Of a stretch of 64,000 bases of DNA, positions 51,953-62,860 are shown in pieces (the first letter of the stretch is position 1; the number at the start of each line of letters is the position of its first letter). The notes beneath the pieces were generated by a model. That model had not been told where the DNA came from and made no database searches. It worked only from the letters and a program-made list of their open reading frames with translations. The DNA is from Macrostomum hystrix. Taxonomy: Eukaryota; Animalia; Platyhelminthes. The stretch lies in NCBI GenBank assembly GCA_950097015.1, contig CATNEN010000024.1:3844001-3908000 (forward strand), read 5' to 3'. A program made the translations under genes and the position numbers.

Positions 51953-52330
51953 TCAGCAGGTAGAATGAAACACGCCGGCAACCCGAAGACCTTCGCGCAC
52001 CAGTTCGTTGTATTTGAAGACCGCCTCCTCTGTCTGTAAAACAAATACTTGGGAGCAGCGCTCGGTGGCGTACTGGACGGTACTATCGGGAACCTGCAAG
52101 GCCAGTTCCATGCCGCGCGAGATAACGACAGCGTCCAGATGGTGGCTCTTTTCGAAAAGCTCGTCTAGGTCGGCCGGCTGTACGCCGGGATTGTGCGATG
52201 TACCAGTCTCGTTCCAATTCCAGGCACGACTGCCTGTTGGCCACACCTTGGCGTCCTTGAATGGCCGGTCTTTGCCGCTGACCTGGATTGAGCCCCACTG
52301 CACTTTAGTGATGATCGGTCCCGCCGACAT
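51953..52330 (-). CDS. AAMDC: Mth938 domain-containing protein (AAMDC/C11orf67), 125 aa, intronless
   Basis: FKDAKVWPTGSRAWNWNETGTSHNPGVQPADL..ISRGM..LQV..LQTEEAV..YN..RVAGVFHSTC matches AAMDC. ATG at 52330 is preceded by ttCAG|cctgcc. Confidence 0.95.
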   Translation of the reverse strand: MSAGPIITKVQWGSIQVSGKDRPFKDAKVWPTGSRAWNWNETGTSHNPGVQPADLDELFEKSHHLDAVVISRGMELALQVPDSTVQYATERCSQVFVLQTEEAVFKYNELVREGLRVAGVFHSTC

Positions 52331-53188
52331 GGCAGGCTGAAGGATGTGATTCATAAAATAAAGTTTGGCCACCAAAAATTAGACGATCTCGCTAATCTGC
52401 CAGGATTGGACTTACTAAGTTATTCACTTTTGTTAATCTAGAATCACAGTGGTCAGAGCTACGAACTTCTGACATAGTGGGTCGGAAGTTTGTGTTTTAT
52501 CCCATATGGAAACTTTGTGTTGCTGAGAAGGACATGCAATTTCCGTTGAGTCAGTTCGCACAACTATAGAATGGATAGCAGCATTAGCGGGGCAGAAATT
52601 CTGGTGGGTGTACACATCCTTTGGGGGGCTGCAATAGCTTTGTATAATAAGCTGGTACAACTGGGTGCGCTTCATCTATCTTCTTTCTTAAATCTAAATG
52701 GGAAGGTGTTAAAAAATCTGCGACAATAATTGATGATGACAAATAGTGAGTATATTACAAGAAAATCTCTGTCAAAAAGAGACGTAGCTAAAAATTAGCA
52801 AAAGTGCTACTTTCGAAGGCAAATTATTTAATTTTACGGTCAAGACACAGCGAAGTCCTACTCTTGCACCCACTGCCATATATTCAGTTGGATCTGGTTG
52901 TTGTACCAGATGTATTCAAAATAAGCTTGACAAAAATTAGGGACGATTGCCAAATCATATTTTGCGAGGTACCAGGTACAATTGTAAGTATTGACCAAGG
53001 ACCACTAGTACTTTAGTAGTCGTACTTGCTGACTACAGTATTTTTTATAAACTAAACAAGCCCGATGATTTTGAATAAAGTCAGACGGAAAGCCTAATTT
53101 AAAAAATGCACAACTTAAAATTAGCAGGAAAAGAACAAAGAAAATTAGCTGTTGAATTTACAATTACATTAGACATCATGGCGAGCCC

Positions 53189-53658
53189 AGGCGCGTTTCA
53201 CAAACCCGAAATCTCACATCGTGGAACGGCACTCTCTTTCATAAGCTCGAAATTTCACAACGCCGAAAATCTTACGAGAATCTCGTACCAAGCCTTATCA
53301 AAGTTCAAACGCCGAAATTGCAGTGCGGAGACTTGAAAAAATTGATAAAAAGTGGAAGCGGGGGCAACTTAAACCAGGGCCTAAGACCAATTGCTATTTT
53401 CTATACTGGCTAGGCAGTTTTGGGCCAGTGGCAGGTCGAATATCGCACTACCAAAGCCTCCTATCTCAGCAGTGTAATTGGGCATGGTGACAGTTCGAGA
53501 TTATAACATTTCTGGTTTATGAAATTTCGACGATGTGATAATTCGGTTTTGTAAAATTTCGGCGATGCGAAGTATGCTAGAATTTAAGATTTTCGGCATT
53601 GCTAAGCTTTGGGTTTATGAAATTTTGATGTAAAATTTCGGGTTTTTAAAAGCACCCC
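53189..53658. mobile_element. MITE with imperfect TIRs and inverted CCGAAA/TTTCGG subterminal repeats
   Basis: GGCGCGTTTCACAAACCCGAAATCTCACATC versus (rc) GGTGCTTTTAAAAACCCGAAATTTTACATC. GCGAGCCC at 53181-53188 and 53659-53666 may be an 8-bp TSD. Confidence 0.6.
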
Positions 53659-53714
53659 GCGAGCCCCACTAAAAGAGACCAGAGAAACAATCAACGAACA
53701 GTTAAACGACGTCA

Positions 53715-55381
53715 TCAAGGATTCGATTGGGATAATTCCTGCGTGTCGTAGTACCGGTAGGCTAGAAGCTGTAAGAATGGCTGCTGACGCTGCGTCACAT
53801 CCGCATCTGTTGTTGCCGCTGCTAAGGCGGAGGACTGGAGGCTGACTAAGAGTTGCAGTTGGACGAGCAGCAGTCGGTGACGCATGGCCGAAATGTCATC
53901 TGGAGTGAATCGGCGAAGCTCAGCTGTGGTGGCAGCGCCACAAAGATCCAGCACGACCTGCAGCAGAATCAAGGGTAAACAGGATTACAGAACCTATTAA
54001 ATATTAACATTAATGTCAAGGACTTCAATAGCTGAGGAAGTACCACTGGCAATATACATCAGGCCTAACGGGATCAGGTATAACCAATTGTTACATTTAT
54101 TATTACTTGCTTAGGGTATAATTTTTTCTTTTCATTTAAACTACCTTAAGATCCCTAAATACAATAGTACAGTTCTCTAACGTGTTTATAAAATTCCTGT
54201 CTTCGCTGTTGTGAAAGTGAGAGTCTCAAAGCAACACATTCAATGGCATTGCACTCAAACATATGCAAAAACATGCTAGGTGAATACTTGATACGCACCT
54301 GTCCTAGAGCTCGAATTCGCACGGACCCCGTTTGATCCGAGGCTTCCAAAACTGCGAAAGCCATCTCTCTTGGCAATTGAGCTGCTCTAGCTCCTGCTGC
54401 TTCAACAAGCTGCGGATTGCCAGCAACAGCCTCAGCGGCTTCAATCTGCAACTGGGTGCAGCGCGCGTCCCAACCTGTCAGGGGCATGCTCTCTGGTGGC
54501 CAGTCAACAACGCCAATGTCGAAACCGGTCAGGCAGCCGAGCATGACGGCGTATTCCACAACAGCGTTATGTGGCCAACTCGACAGTTGACATGCGGACA
54601 CCTGGATAGTGTTAGCGCTGTGTAACAGAGCCAGTGTATCAGGCTCCAAGCACAGGTGGTCAGTCATCACAGAATTATCCACGGCTTCAACCTTGATTAG
54701 ATCAGCTTTAACTTTGACACCAGAATTAGAAAACAAGCCCGCAGTGCTAATTATCTTATTGAGGCGCCTCTTATGGTCCACTGGTGCAACGAAGGAAGCA
54801 TTACGGACGCTGTCAATGGCGCTTCGCTCTAGCTGGAGCTCGGCATCGTTCTCGTACTCCAGGTCCTCTGGTGTCAAGTACCAGCGGCTTAATAAGCTAG
54901 TTGAGGCCTCGCTATAGCCAGCGTCGTTGGTGACGGCGAGATCGACATCGTTGCCATTAAAATCTGTGGAAAAGACGAGTAGTGGTATAAGAATTTTGCT
55001 AGCGGAAATCTGCTAGCCGAAGTTTGCCAGCGAGGATTTCGCTTTTAGGCAAGCAAACTTCAGCTAGCAGATTTCTTGCTAGCAAATCTCGAGGGCTTAA
55101 AAAGCAATACACTAAAAGATTAGCAAAATTCGGTATTAAAAATCAAACAACTGAAAGCGGGGATTATGAACACGACCCGATTATGAACTCACAATGATCC
55201 GTGCACTCGTCAGTAGCATTAACTCCTTCAGCGCAAGCAACTCTACTAAGTAGCTCCTGTGAAGGTTGACTTAAAGCGGATGACTGTTTTGCTAGCTTAT
55301 TACTGCGACAGTATGGCCTCTTAAATTGAGTTTCACATTGCTTCTGAGCATTTTTAGTCTTCCGTCTTGGTTGCTTCCGAC
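53715..55381 (-). CDS. 3' exons of an OB-fold protein resembling the MEIOB/RPA1 C-terminal DBD-C; exons 55381-55193, 54963-54299, 53957-53715; 5' exon(s) not found
   Basis: Junction phases 1, 1 and 0 are consistent. 'YAVMLGCLTGFDIG...AVLEASDQTGSVRIRALGQVVLDLCGAATTAELRRFTPDDISAMRHRLLL' resembles MEIOB 'YGILYAYISTLNID...IDLTDHTGTL...[25 protein letters not shown]' (recalled from memory, aligned by eye). Confidence 0.55.
54996..55085. mobile_element. Tiny foldback element (about 32-bp arms) in an intron
   Basis: TTGCTAGCGGAAATCTGCTAGCCGAAGTTTGC versus (rc) TTGCTAGCAAGAAATCTGCTAGCTGAAGTTTGC. Confidence 0.6.
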
Positions 55382-55910
55382 CTAAAAAGCAAATTTCAAA
55401 GCAGACAGTTAAACAATAAAGCATTTTCTCTTAAGAAACATGCACATTTTTGAAAAAGCAAGTGCCTCAGCAATTAAACAGCCAGAACACGAGTCTGAAG
55501 AAAACAATCGAAAACCACAGACCCTTACTCAAAGTCAATCTGCCAAACTAAATAAAAACAATGTCAAATACTTTGTCAGACACAATTATTAAGTCATGGT
55601 GTTATTGCTTAGTGCTTAGATAGTTTAGATCAGAACAGTTCTAACTGAAGACAGCAGACGACATAGACGACACGTGCCAAAGCGCTTGGATTTTTGGCTG
55701 CAATATCTCGCTCTGAGTTTGTAGTGTGCATGATTTTGCTAAAGCACGTATTTAGTCATTGAAAGAGTTACTTCTGGTTGTGTGCAAATGTTGTCAAACA
55801 GGGCAAGAGAGAGAGAGAGAGAGAGAGGGTGCTACAGGGCTCATGGACATTTTGTCATGACTAAGACAATCAAACAGAATGACAACATACAAAACCTTTA
55901 ATACATTTTT

Positions 55911-55980
55911 CTACAATACAATACAAATACAATACAATACAAAACAATACAATACAATACAACAATACAATACAATACAA
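55911..55980. repeat. (CAATA)n microsatellite; a (GA)n tract lies at about 55806-55826
   Basis: Direct reading. Confidence 0.9.
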
Positions 55981-56019
55981 AACTTTTTTCTTTTTCATAT
56001 TTGCTTTAATATTACCCCA

Positions 56020-57666
56020 TATATTTATTTCATCTTCGAATCTGCAACAAAGATAAAACCCAGCTTAAGCTGCTATGTGCATCTACTCTCCATGAATTGA
56101 AAATCCGAGGATGCGAAAAGCTGGGAATCGAATATTCTGCCCCAATTCGTCTCGTGACACCAGGTGGACACGACATCGACGATGACGAATTTTTGCCAAC
56201 TCTGTCTGCAGAAAAGTCTGAAATCATCTTTCTTCTGCCGGAGGAGTCCATTCGAGAAAATTTAAGGGAAGTCAATAGCAGCAACATTAGTTTTGACAAT
56301 CAAGCAATGGCAGCAGCAAGCGAGCCGCAAGATCCTGAAAGACCGTTGCTTAAAAAATGGCCAACTGTTTACTCGCTTCCATCCATGCCCATACTAATAA
56401 TCAAAAAGTCTACAAGAAGTCCGCCAGAACTGCAGTAGCACAGATGTCGGGCCAAAGTATAAAACGAATGCAACCTTCGTCAACAATTTTTTGCGCTATA
56501 TTATTAAGGATGTCTACGACAATTATAAGAACTGCGACGACCCGTATCTCACGTGCAGCCAAATAGAGGACATTTGCAAGGCCATTGTAACGACGTACCC
56601 AGCGCTGAGCGATGCAACAGCTGATGGCACAGCATTTTGGCGTCAAAGGATCTGTCGCCGATTGAAGGAGTTCAGGTCTAAAATAGTCCCAGCCTGCAGC
56701 AGCCCACTTGTGCAGCAAATGCGGATGAAGCATGGCAGGAAGCGAAGGCATGCCGAGGCCGCTACAGCTGATGCTGCTAATTATTCGGCAGCCACTGACG
56801 TCAATGATGACTCTGAAAACTCAGATGACTCTGACAACCCTGATGAAAATCAGAATCCCAAGTCTAAAAAACGACGGCAAAATGAGGACGCCGATGAGTG
56901 TGGGTCAGTTGTGAGCCTAGCAAAAAGTTGTAATTTTAATTTTGCCGACTGTGAAAACATCCCCGAGACCCACGAGACAGCTCGTCTGCTGCTAAACGCA
57001 AATTTTCGCCAGCCTGACGTTTCCATGCCGTCCGTGCTTGAACGCATGCGAGACACATTTACGATGCGAATTGCTCGCTGTCAAAACCTAACCGTCGCAG
57101 AGGAAATTGAGCTGTATCAGCCATTAGTTCTTGCACCTGTCATTGAGCAAAAAGCATGGCTAATGATCGAGGCTTATAATGCCAACGAGAAAAACGATTA
57201 TTATCTCCCAGATGGTCCTACTGACATCGGCAAAAACATTCGTGTAGCGCTAATTCGCATCTGGGACAAGCGCGATAGTTTTCGACGACATCGGCTGTGC
57301 ACACCAATTATTTTGAAAGCCGACAATGGAGACGTTAGCGCGGAGGAGAAGCTCACCGGGGCAGTCTGCATCCTCCTTGGCCGCCTAAAAGTAGATCCCA
57401 CCGAAATATTTTCTCCGGATCTGCCTGTGCACGTGATCAAAGCGGAGGAAACCTGGTGGGGCGTGTCAGTCAACGGCGCAAGTCTTCAATTTAATTCGGT
57501 GACAGATACCATTATCGTTTTTATCTGCTGCTTTATTGCTTTTAATTTGCAGCATCTGCCTAAGCTGGAAGCTTTTCTTGAAGCTATTGAAGTCCTCGCG
57601 CGCCTACGCAAGCGATGTGCAGTGTCTAGAAAGCCGGCTGCCTCGCTAGTTGATAGTTTTCGTTAG
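56020..57666 (+). pseudogene. CIDE-N-like plus SAMD3-like ORF typical of animal EnSpm/CMC transposon accessory genes, with a +1 frameshift at 56403-56407
   Basis: LRICNKDKTQLKLLCASTLHELKIRGCEKLGI..IRLVTPGGHDIDDDEFLPTL (CIDE-N-like), then KWPTVYSLP. After one extra A the frame continues KSLQEVRQ..FLRYIIKDVY..ICKAIVTTYPALSD..WRQRICRRLKEFR..FICCFIAFNLQH..LEAFLE. Confidence 0.6.
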
Positions 57667-58849
57667 TTGACTGTTTATGTGACTCCGATGCAGATCCTCA
57701 TTTGCCTGGCCTCGTCTCTTGACCACACTTGACCACACTAAACCTGCAGATGCTCAGTTGCTGGGCCAGCACCCCCTCCCATATTATTTCAGGTACACCT
57801 TATAACGAATATAGTGCAGGACTCCACCCAACTGGGGTCTATCCCATGGCTTACGCCTGCGTCTATCCCTTATTCTATTTCTAGCTAAATGTCCAGCCAG
57901 TCACTCTACAGATTAACTGGGCCTGCATGCCTCCCTTCTCCCTTCTTGCAGATGCGACCTGCTCTCAAAGCGTGCTGTTTTCTCTTTCCCTTCTGTTTCA
58001 TTGCCCTACTCTTATATTATAAATTATTGTGCGATGTTTAACATAGGTCAACATAAAGTAAGTTCGTTTTTTATGTTATGTTCTTAATACTGCTATTTTT
58101 CAGAAGAGGGGACATTTGTAATAGTTATTGTAAGACGCATTTTTTATTTTTTACTTCGAGTTTTACATTTTTTTGCAATGTAAGTCGGTTGTGTACATTA
58201 CAATATTGTGTTAAATATTGCCCCAGGTATACATAATGCCACGAGTAAGTATTTTCTGCCAATATGGATTATTAAACCGGGTATTGTAAAACCTGGAATT
58301 TCAGTTTAAAAATTGCGCGGACACCCCGTAGTTGTCTCAAAATTTGTGTATTTTCAAATTCGTTTTTTCAACCCTTGTTGTGCTTCATTGACTTATTATT
58401 TTTCAATGTTTGCTCTTTCGCGTTAAAGAAACTAGCAATTTCCGCTTTATTTCTTTCCAGTTTGATCGAAATGTACCATTAGTCATGCGTTGCTCATCAA
58501 TGAAGAAAAATTGATGTTCAACCCTTTTGCTTTATTTACTACCAAGTTTGCCATGTAATTTCCTTTTTCCGTTATTCATGTATTACATAATCGGCTTTGT
58601 CATTAATATTTGATTCAGTAAAGCTCCAATCTAAACATGCATGGTAATAATGCTTGATAAAAAATACATTTTTATTTTTATCCATCTTTATGGAAACTAT
58701 CGTTCTATGCAATGCACATCAGTTTAATGAACATCTTATAGCTTCACTGGAATCAGGATCTTGCATGGTTTTTTTAAACGGGTATTTTCCACTGAGGCAT
58801 GTCAGCTATATAGGGCCACGCTCAGGCAGAAAAATGCGACATCCGTGCC

Positions 58850-59074
58850 TATTGTGGACCTATACTTTCGGACCTTCCATACATTTGGACCTTCACGGTC
58901 CGTATATATGTACGGTGCTGACCTTCTCATACGGACCTTTAGCGGACCTTTATACGGTCCTCTACTTTCGGACCTTATGTGCATTCGGACCTGAAGGTCC
59001 CTATATGTGTACGGTGCGGACCTCCTCATTCGGACCCTCAGTGGACCTTTTTCGGACCTTTATGCATAACAGTG
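58850..59074. mobile_element. Right end of a CACTG-terminal (EnSpm/CACTA-like) element with (T/C)GGACC subterminal repeats
   Basis: Dense CGGACC/GGTCC motifs ending in TATGCATAACAGTG (reverse complement CACTGTTATGCATA). Confidence 0.65.
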
Positions 59075-60047
59075 CACTGTTAGAACTCCACAAAATTGCC
59101 TTAAAACAAATAAACTAAGAAAAAGTACTGAACTAATGAAATAGAGACTCTTTCATAGAAATTGTACTCAGCAAAAATAAATACTTCAATGTTTAAATGC
59201 ACTACACTTGTTTTAATGAACCACTTTTGTTTTAATGCACCGATGCACCGAATTTATAAGTTTTAATGAAGTAGAAAAACTGGAGGAGGACGTGAAGAGC
59301 AGGTAGAAATTATGCATGTTTGAGAGGGAGTAATAAGTTAACGTTTTGTCATGTGTGAACAACGTTCAGAATAAGAAAGTCGGAAATAGTGAAGTGTTTG
59401 TCTTAAAAGTTATTTCAAGAAACATTGAGAAAGAGGAGTGAATAAAGTGAAAGAAGGAGAGAGCTGTAACACCAGATCCACTGGTAAGCCCAAGACGGAC
59501 TGACGAATAACGTAAAAAGTTATCGAAGAGTGATAAGACTTAATTAAGATTGATAATGAGGATAAAGAAGGATAAAGACGGAAAATAGTGATAAAGACTG
59601 ATAGAGTACTTACGAAATAATACAATAAAGTTATAAGTGCAAGTAAATACAAAATATAAATATCGGCCATATTGAACGTATAACATATATAAGGCTACCA
59701 ATTAGAATTAATGATAATAAGTACATAAAGTAAATAACTAAAGACACTCAAAAGTTAGTAATAAGACTATTTCTGAATTAAAAGTCTTCGAAAACATATT
59801 ATTAAACAAGTCTTCGAAAACATATTTTTAAACAAAGTCTTCGAACAGCCCTAAAACTCTTAATGTAGCCAAAAATACAAGTTATAGCCGACATACGAAC
59901 ACATGCGAGCTATTACCTAAATGTTTTATCTGTAAATTTATAGTTAAAAACTCATCAAAACCACATTACCTAATTTCTGCAAATACAGATGAAATTCATA
60001 ACAAGGACTAAGTGCAGTAGTAAATTTATTTTATTTTAGACACTTAC

Positions 60048-60432
60048 AAGGTACTGTAAGATGCTGTGACCTGGTGGGATTTGATGGAAATAAACTTGGT
60101 GGGTCAGCCGGCCGCAAAAATCTCTTTATCTTAACCATGCGAACATCTGAAGGCCAATGCTTGGCGCAGACTCCCATGAACTTGCTAATCCTCTGAAAAG
60201 TATATATTATGTGCAGAATTAAAAATAGCATCAGTATTCGATATGCAATATTGTTGTTATTAATATATGAAGATTTAGAAAAATCAACTGTGATTACCTT
60301 AATTGGTGTTGGCAATGCTTCACACCACATTTCCCATTCTGCTTTTGGTTTAGGAAAACCAAATATAGTTGTTCTTTCACCAGCTGTATCATAGTTACTT
60401 TTGCAGTGTGCTATGCAACACTTCATTGGCAT
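60048..60432 (-). CDS. Spliced THAP zinc-finger N-terminus (exons 60432-60298 and 60192-60048), probably a transposon-derived gene fragment
   Basis: MPMKCCIAHCKSNYD..IFGFPK..WEMWCEALP|RISKFMGVCAKHWP..RPADPPSLFP shows the C2CH THAP signature. GTAATC..TTTCAG intron of 105 nt, then a GTAAGT donor at 60047. Confidence 0.7.
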
Positions 60433-61159
60433 TTTATGAACATTTAGGCTTGTTAGGTTGTTTTCTGAAATATATATTTTTGTTAACAAGTGGCTTACTT
60501 AATATCAAGTAAATTTTTTACCTAACAAAAACAAGACAGTAGCTCTTTTACATCCCAAGTATTTTATATTTTAATATAAGTAAACTTAGAATAGGCCTAT
60601 GCCTCAAAATGGCAAATAACTTAAAGTAGTTCATAAGTACAGCTAACCCTATTGTATTGAAGTGAAGAGCCAGTTTGATTGTGTTACCATGAAAAATTCA
60701 ACTTAAGGAGTTATAGGTCAAAGTGAAAAAGAAAATATTGCAAAAATATGTATCTAATTTTTTATATGTTTAACTTTAGCATATTTGGTACCTAAGAGAA
60801 AAAAGTTATTAAACTTCAGTAGATATTATAGGTCTTTTACTACACATTATGTCTACTTGAAATAACTAGGCCTATAAAAATAGCAATATAGCTAACAAAA
60901 TTTTTGCTTTATCGAGGTGCATTATTCACATTATTTTTTAATAATAATGTATTTTAATAATTTATACTAAGATAGATAGAGTATGCTATAAATTTAGTGA
61001 AGCCAATGTTTAGCCAGCTTCCTGCTAGCTAATTACTAACCTAATAAAACTAAAGTAATAATGATATAATAATAAAGTAATTGAGATAAGACAGGTAGGC
61101 CTCCAATACATATTGCCAGCTGCAGCTACTTTGCAGCACATCTGAAAGCTGCATATGGC

Positions 61160-61215
61160 TGTCCAGTCTGTCAACAGGGGGGACACCACACCCACTCTTA
61201 ATTACCCTCTAAACT
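61160..61215 (-). mobile_element. Short 3' fragment of the CORE-like SINE
   Basis: GGGGGACACCACACCCAC..TAATTACCC matches 27465-27495. Confidence 0.45.
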
Positions 61216-62599
61216 CGTACTTTAAACCCTCTATACATGTACTTCAGGTGCAGTCACCAATGCCCAATATATATTTCAGCAGAGAGCTTAAATCCAAATG
61301 TTTGAGCAAAATAAAAGGCAGTATATTCTTAAATCTCTGAATGCCAATTATTTTGATAAATAATTAGTTGCACACAAAGATAGTCAGGAACCCAATGAGC
61401 TCCCCCAATGAGACTTCTAAGTTACCCTTTAGAGGGTAAAGATGAGTTTTTGGACATGGACTAAAGTTAAAAATTACCATTCCAAGTATTTATTTAGTTT
61501 GTAGAATAAATACTAACTGTTACAGTAAAGTTATAGAAACTCAATTCTAAAACTCACCACCAGCATTGTAACAGTCCCTAATTTCTGTCAGATCTAAAAC
61601 TGCACTCCCTGTAGCAATATTCAATGACTCAAACAGATGGGTATATGCAGATTATCTGAAGTGCTTAGTGATTCTGACAAATTAACTAAAGCAGCATTCT
61701 CAGCAGGCATAAATTTCCCAAACAACTGGGTACTTCTTTTTTACAACTTAGCACTTTATATTTGGTTGCTTTTGCTGGCTATGCATACTATATTCTTGCA
61801 ATCTGGTTTTAGTAGCACTGAAATTGCTCACTGATTCTGTTAGACTGATTGTCTTAGAGTACTGATGGCTTTTTAGGCTGGCCTATTTTGCATACAATTT
61901 TCTCAACAAAATGGGGGCTCCTGTATTCTGCTGTTAGCTGAGTCTGACAGTTCAGTTTTAGCAGCACTGGTATTGCTCCCTGACAGTGTTACACTGGTTT
62001 GGGCATAGTTTTTTGTCCAAATCTTCTTTTTAGGCTGCCAACTGTCTATCCATCTATTCTATCTATTTGCAGGGGGGCCCGGGTTATTGTTGCACAAGCA
62101 ACGGAGTGGCACACCCCCGGACCAGCAAACTAGGCTAGGCGCTTTTGTGCCTATCGGGCCACCTCCCCTCAGCAGGCACCACACACAGCAGCACAGACCA
62201 GCCAGGGAGGGCAGGAATCACTCAGAATAGGCAGCAGTGTCCCCCACCCCAGCCCCACACGCACAGAGCAGACCAAGCCGGGGCGGAAGGCTGATAAGAA
62301 ATCACTCATAAGAAACCAAGTGGGTTTAAGGGGCAAGTGGGTTTCATAAGAATGAAACCCACTTGCCCCCTAAATATTGCCAACTGCTGTTTGCTAATTG
62401 GAACTGATGGATTTCAGCAAAATTAGTTGTTTTTGTTGACTCTAGCAGTCTAGTTTCACCATCACTAGTGTAGCTTGCTAATTCTTTCAGATAGGCCTAT
62501 ATTTGGGCAGCAGATGTGTGGTTTGCTGATTTTGTTATAGTGGTTTGGACACAGTTTTCTGTCTAAATCTTCATTAGCAAACAGCACTGATGTTGTTTG

Positions 62600-62860
62600 C
62601 GAATTCTAGCAGTCTAGTTCCACTATTAAAGGTGCTTTTTGCTGATTCTGGACATCTAGTTCTACCATCACAGGTGCTTTTTGCTGATTCTGGCAGTCTA
62701 GTTCCTCTATCACATGTGCTTTTTGCTGATTCTGGAAGTCTAATTCCACCATCACAGGCGCTTTTTGCTGATTCTGGCAGTCAAGTTTCACCATCACATG
62801 TGCTTTTTGCTGATTCTGGAAGTCTAGTTCCACCATCACATGTGCTTTTTGCTGATAGAT
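62600..62860. repeat. 42-bp minisatellite (GTCTAGTTCCACCATCACATGTGCTTTTTGCTGATTCTGGAA), about 6 copies
   Basis: Direct reading; 14-aa period in the ORF track. Confidence 0.9.
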
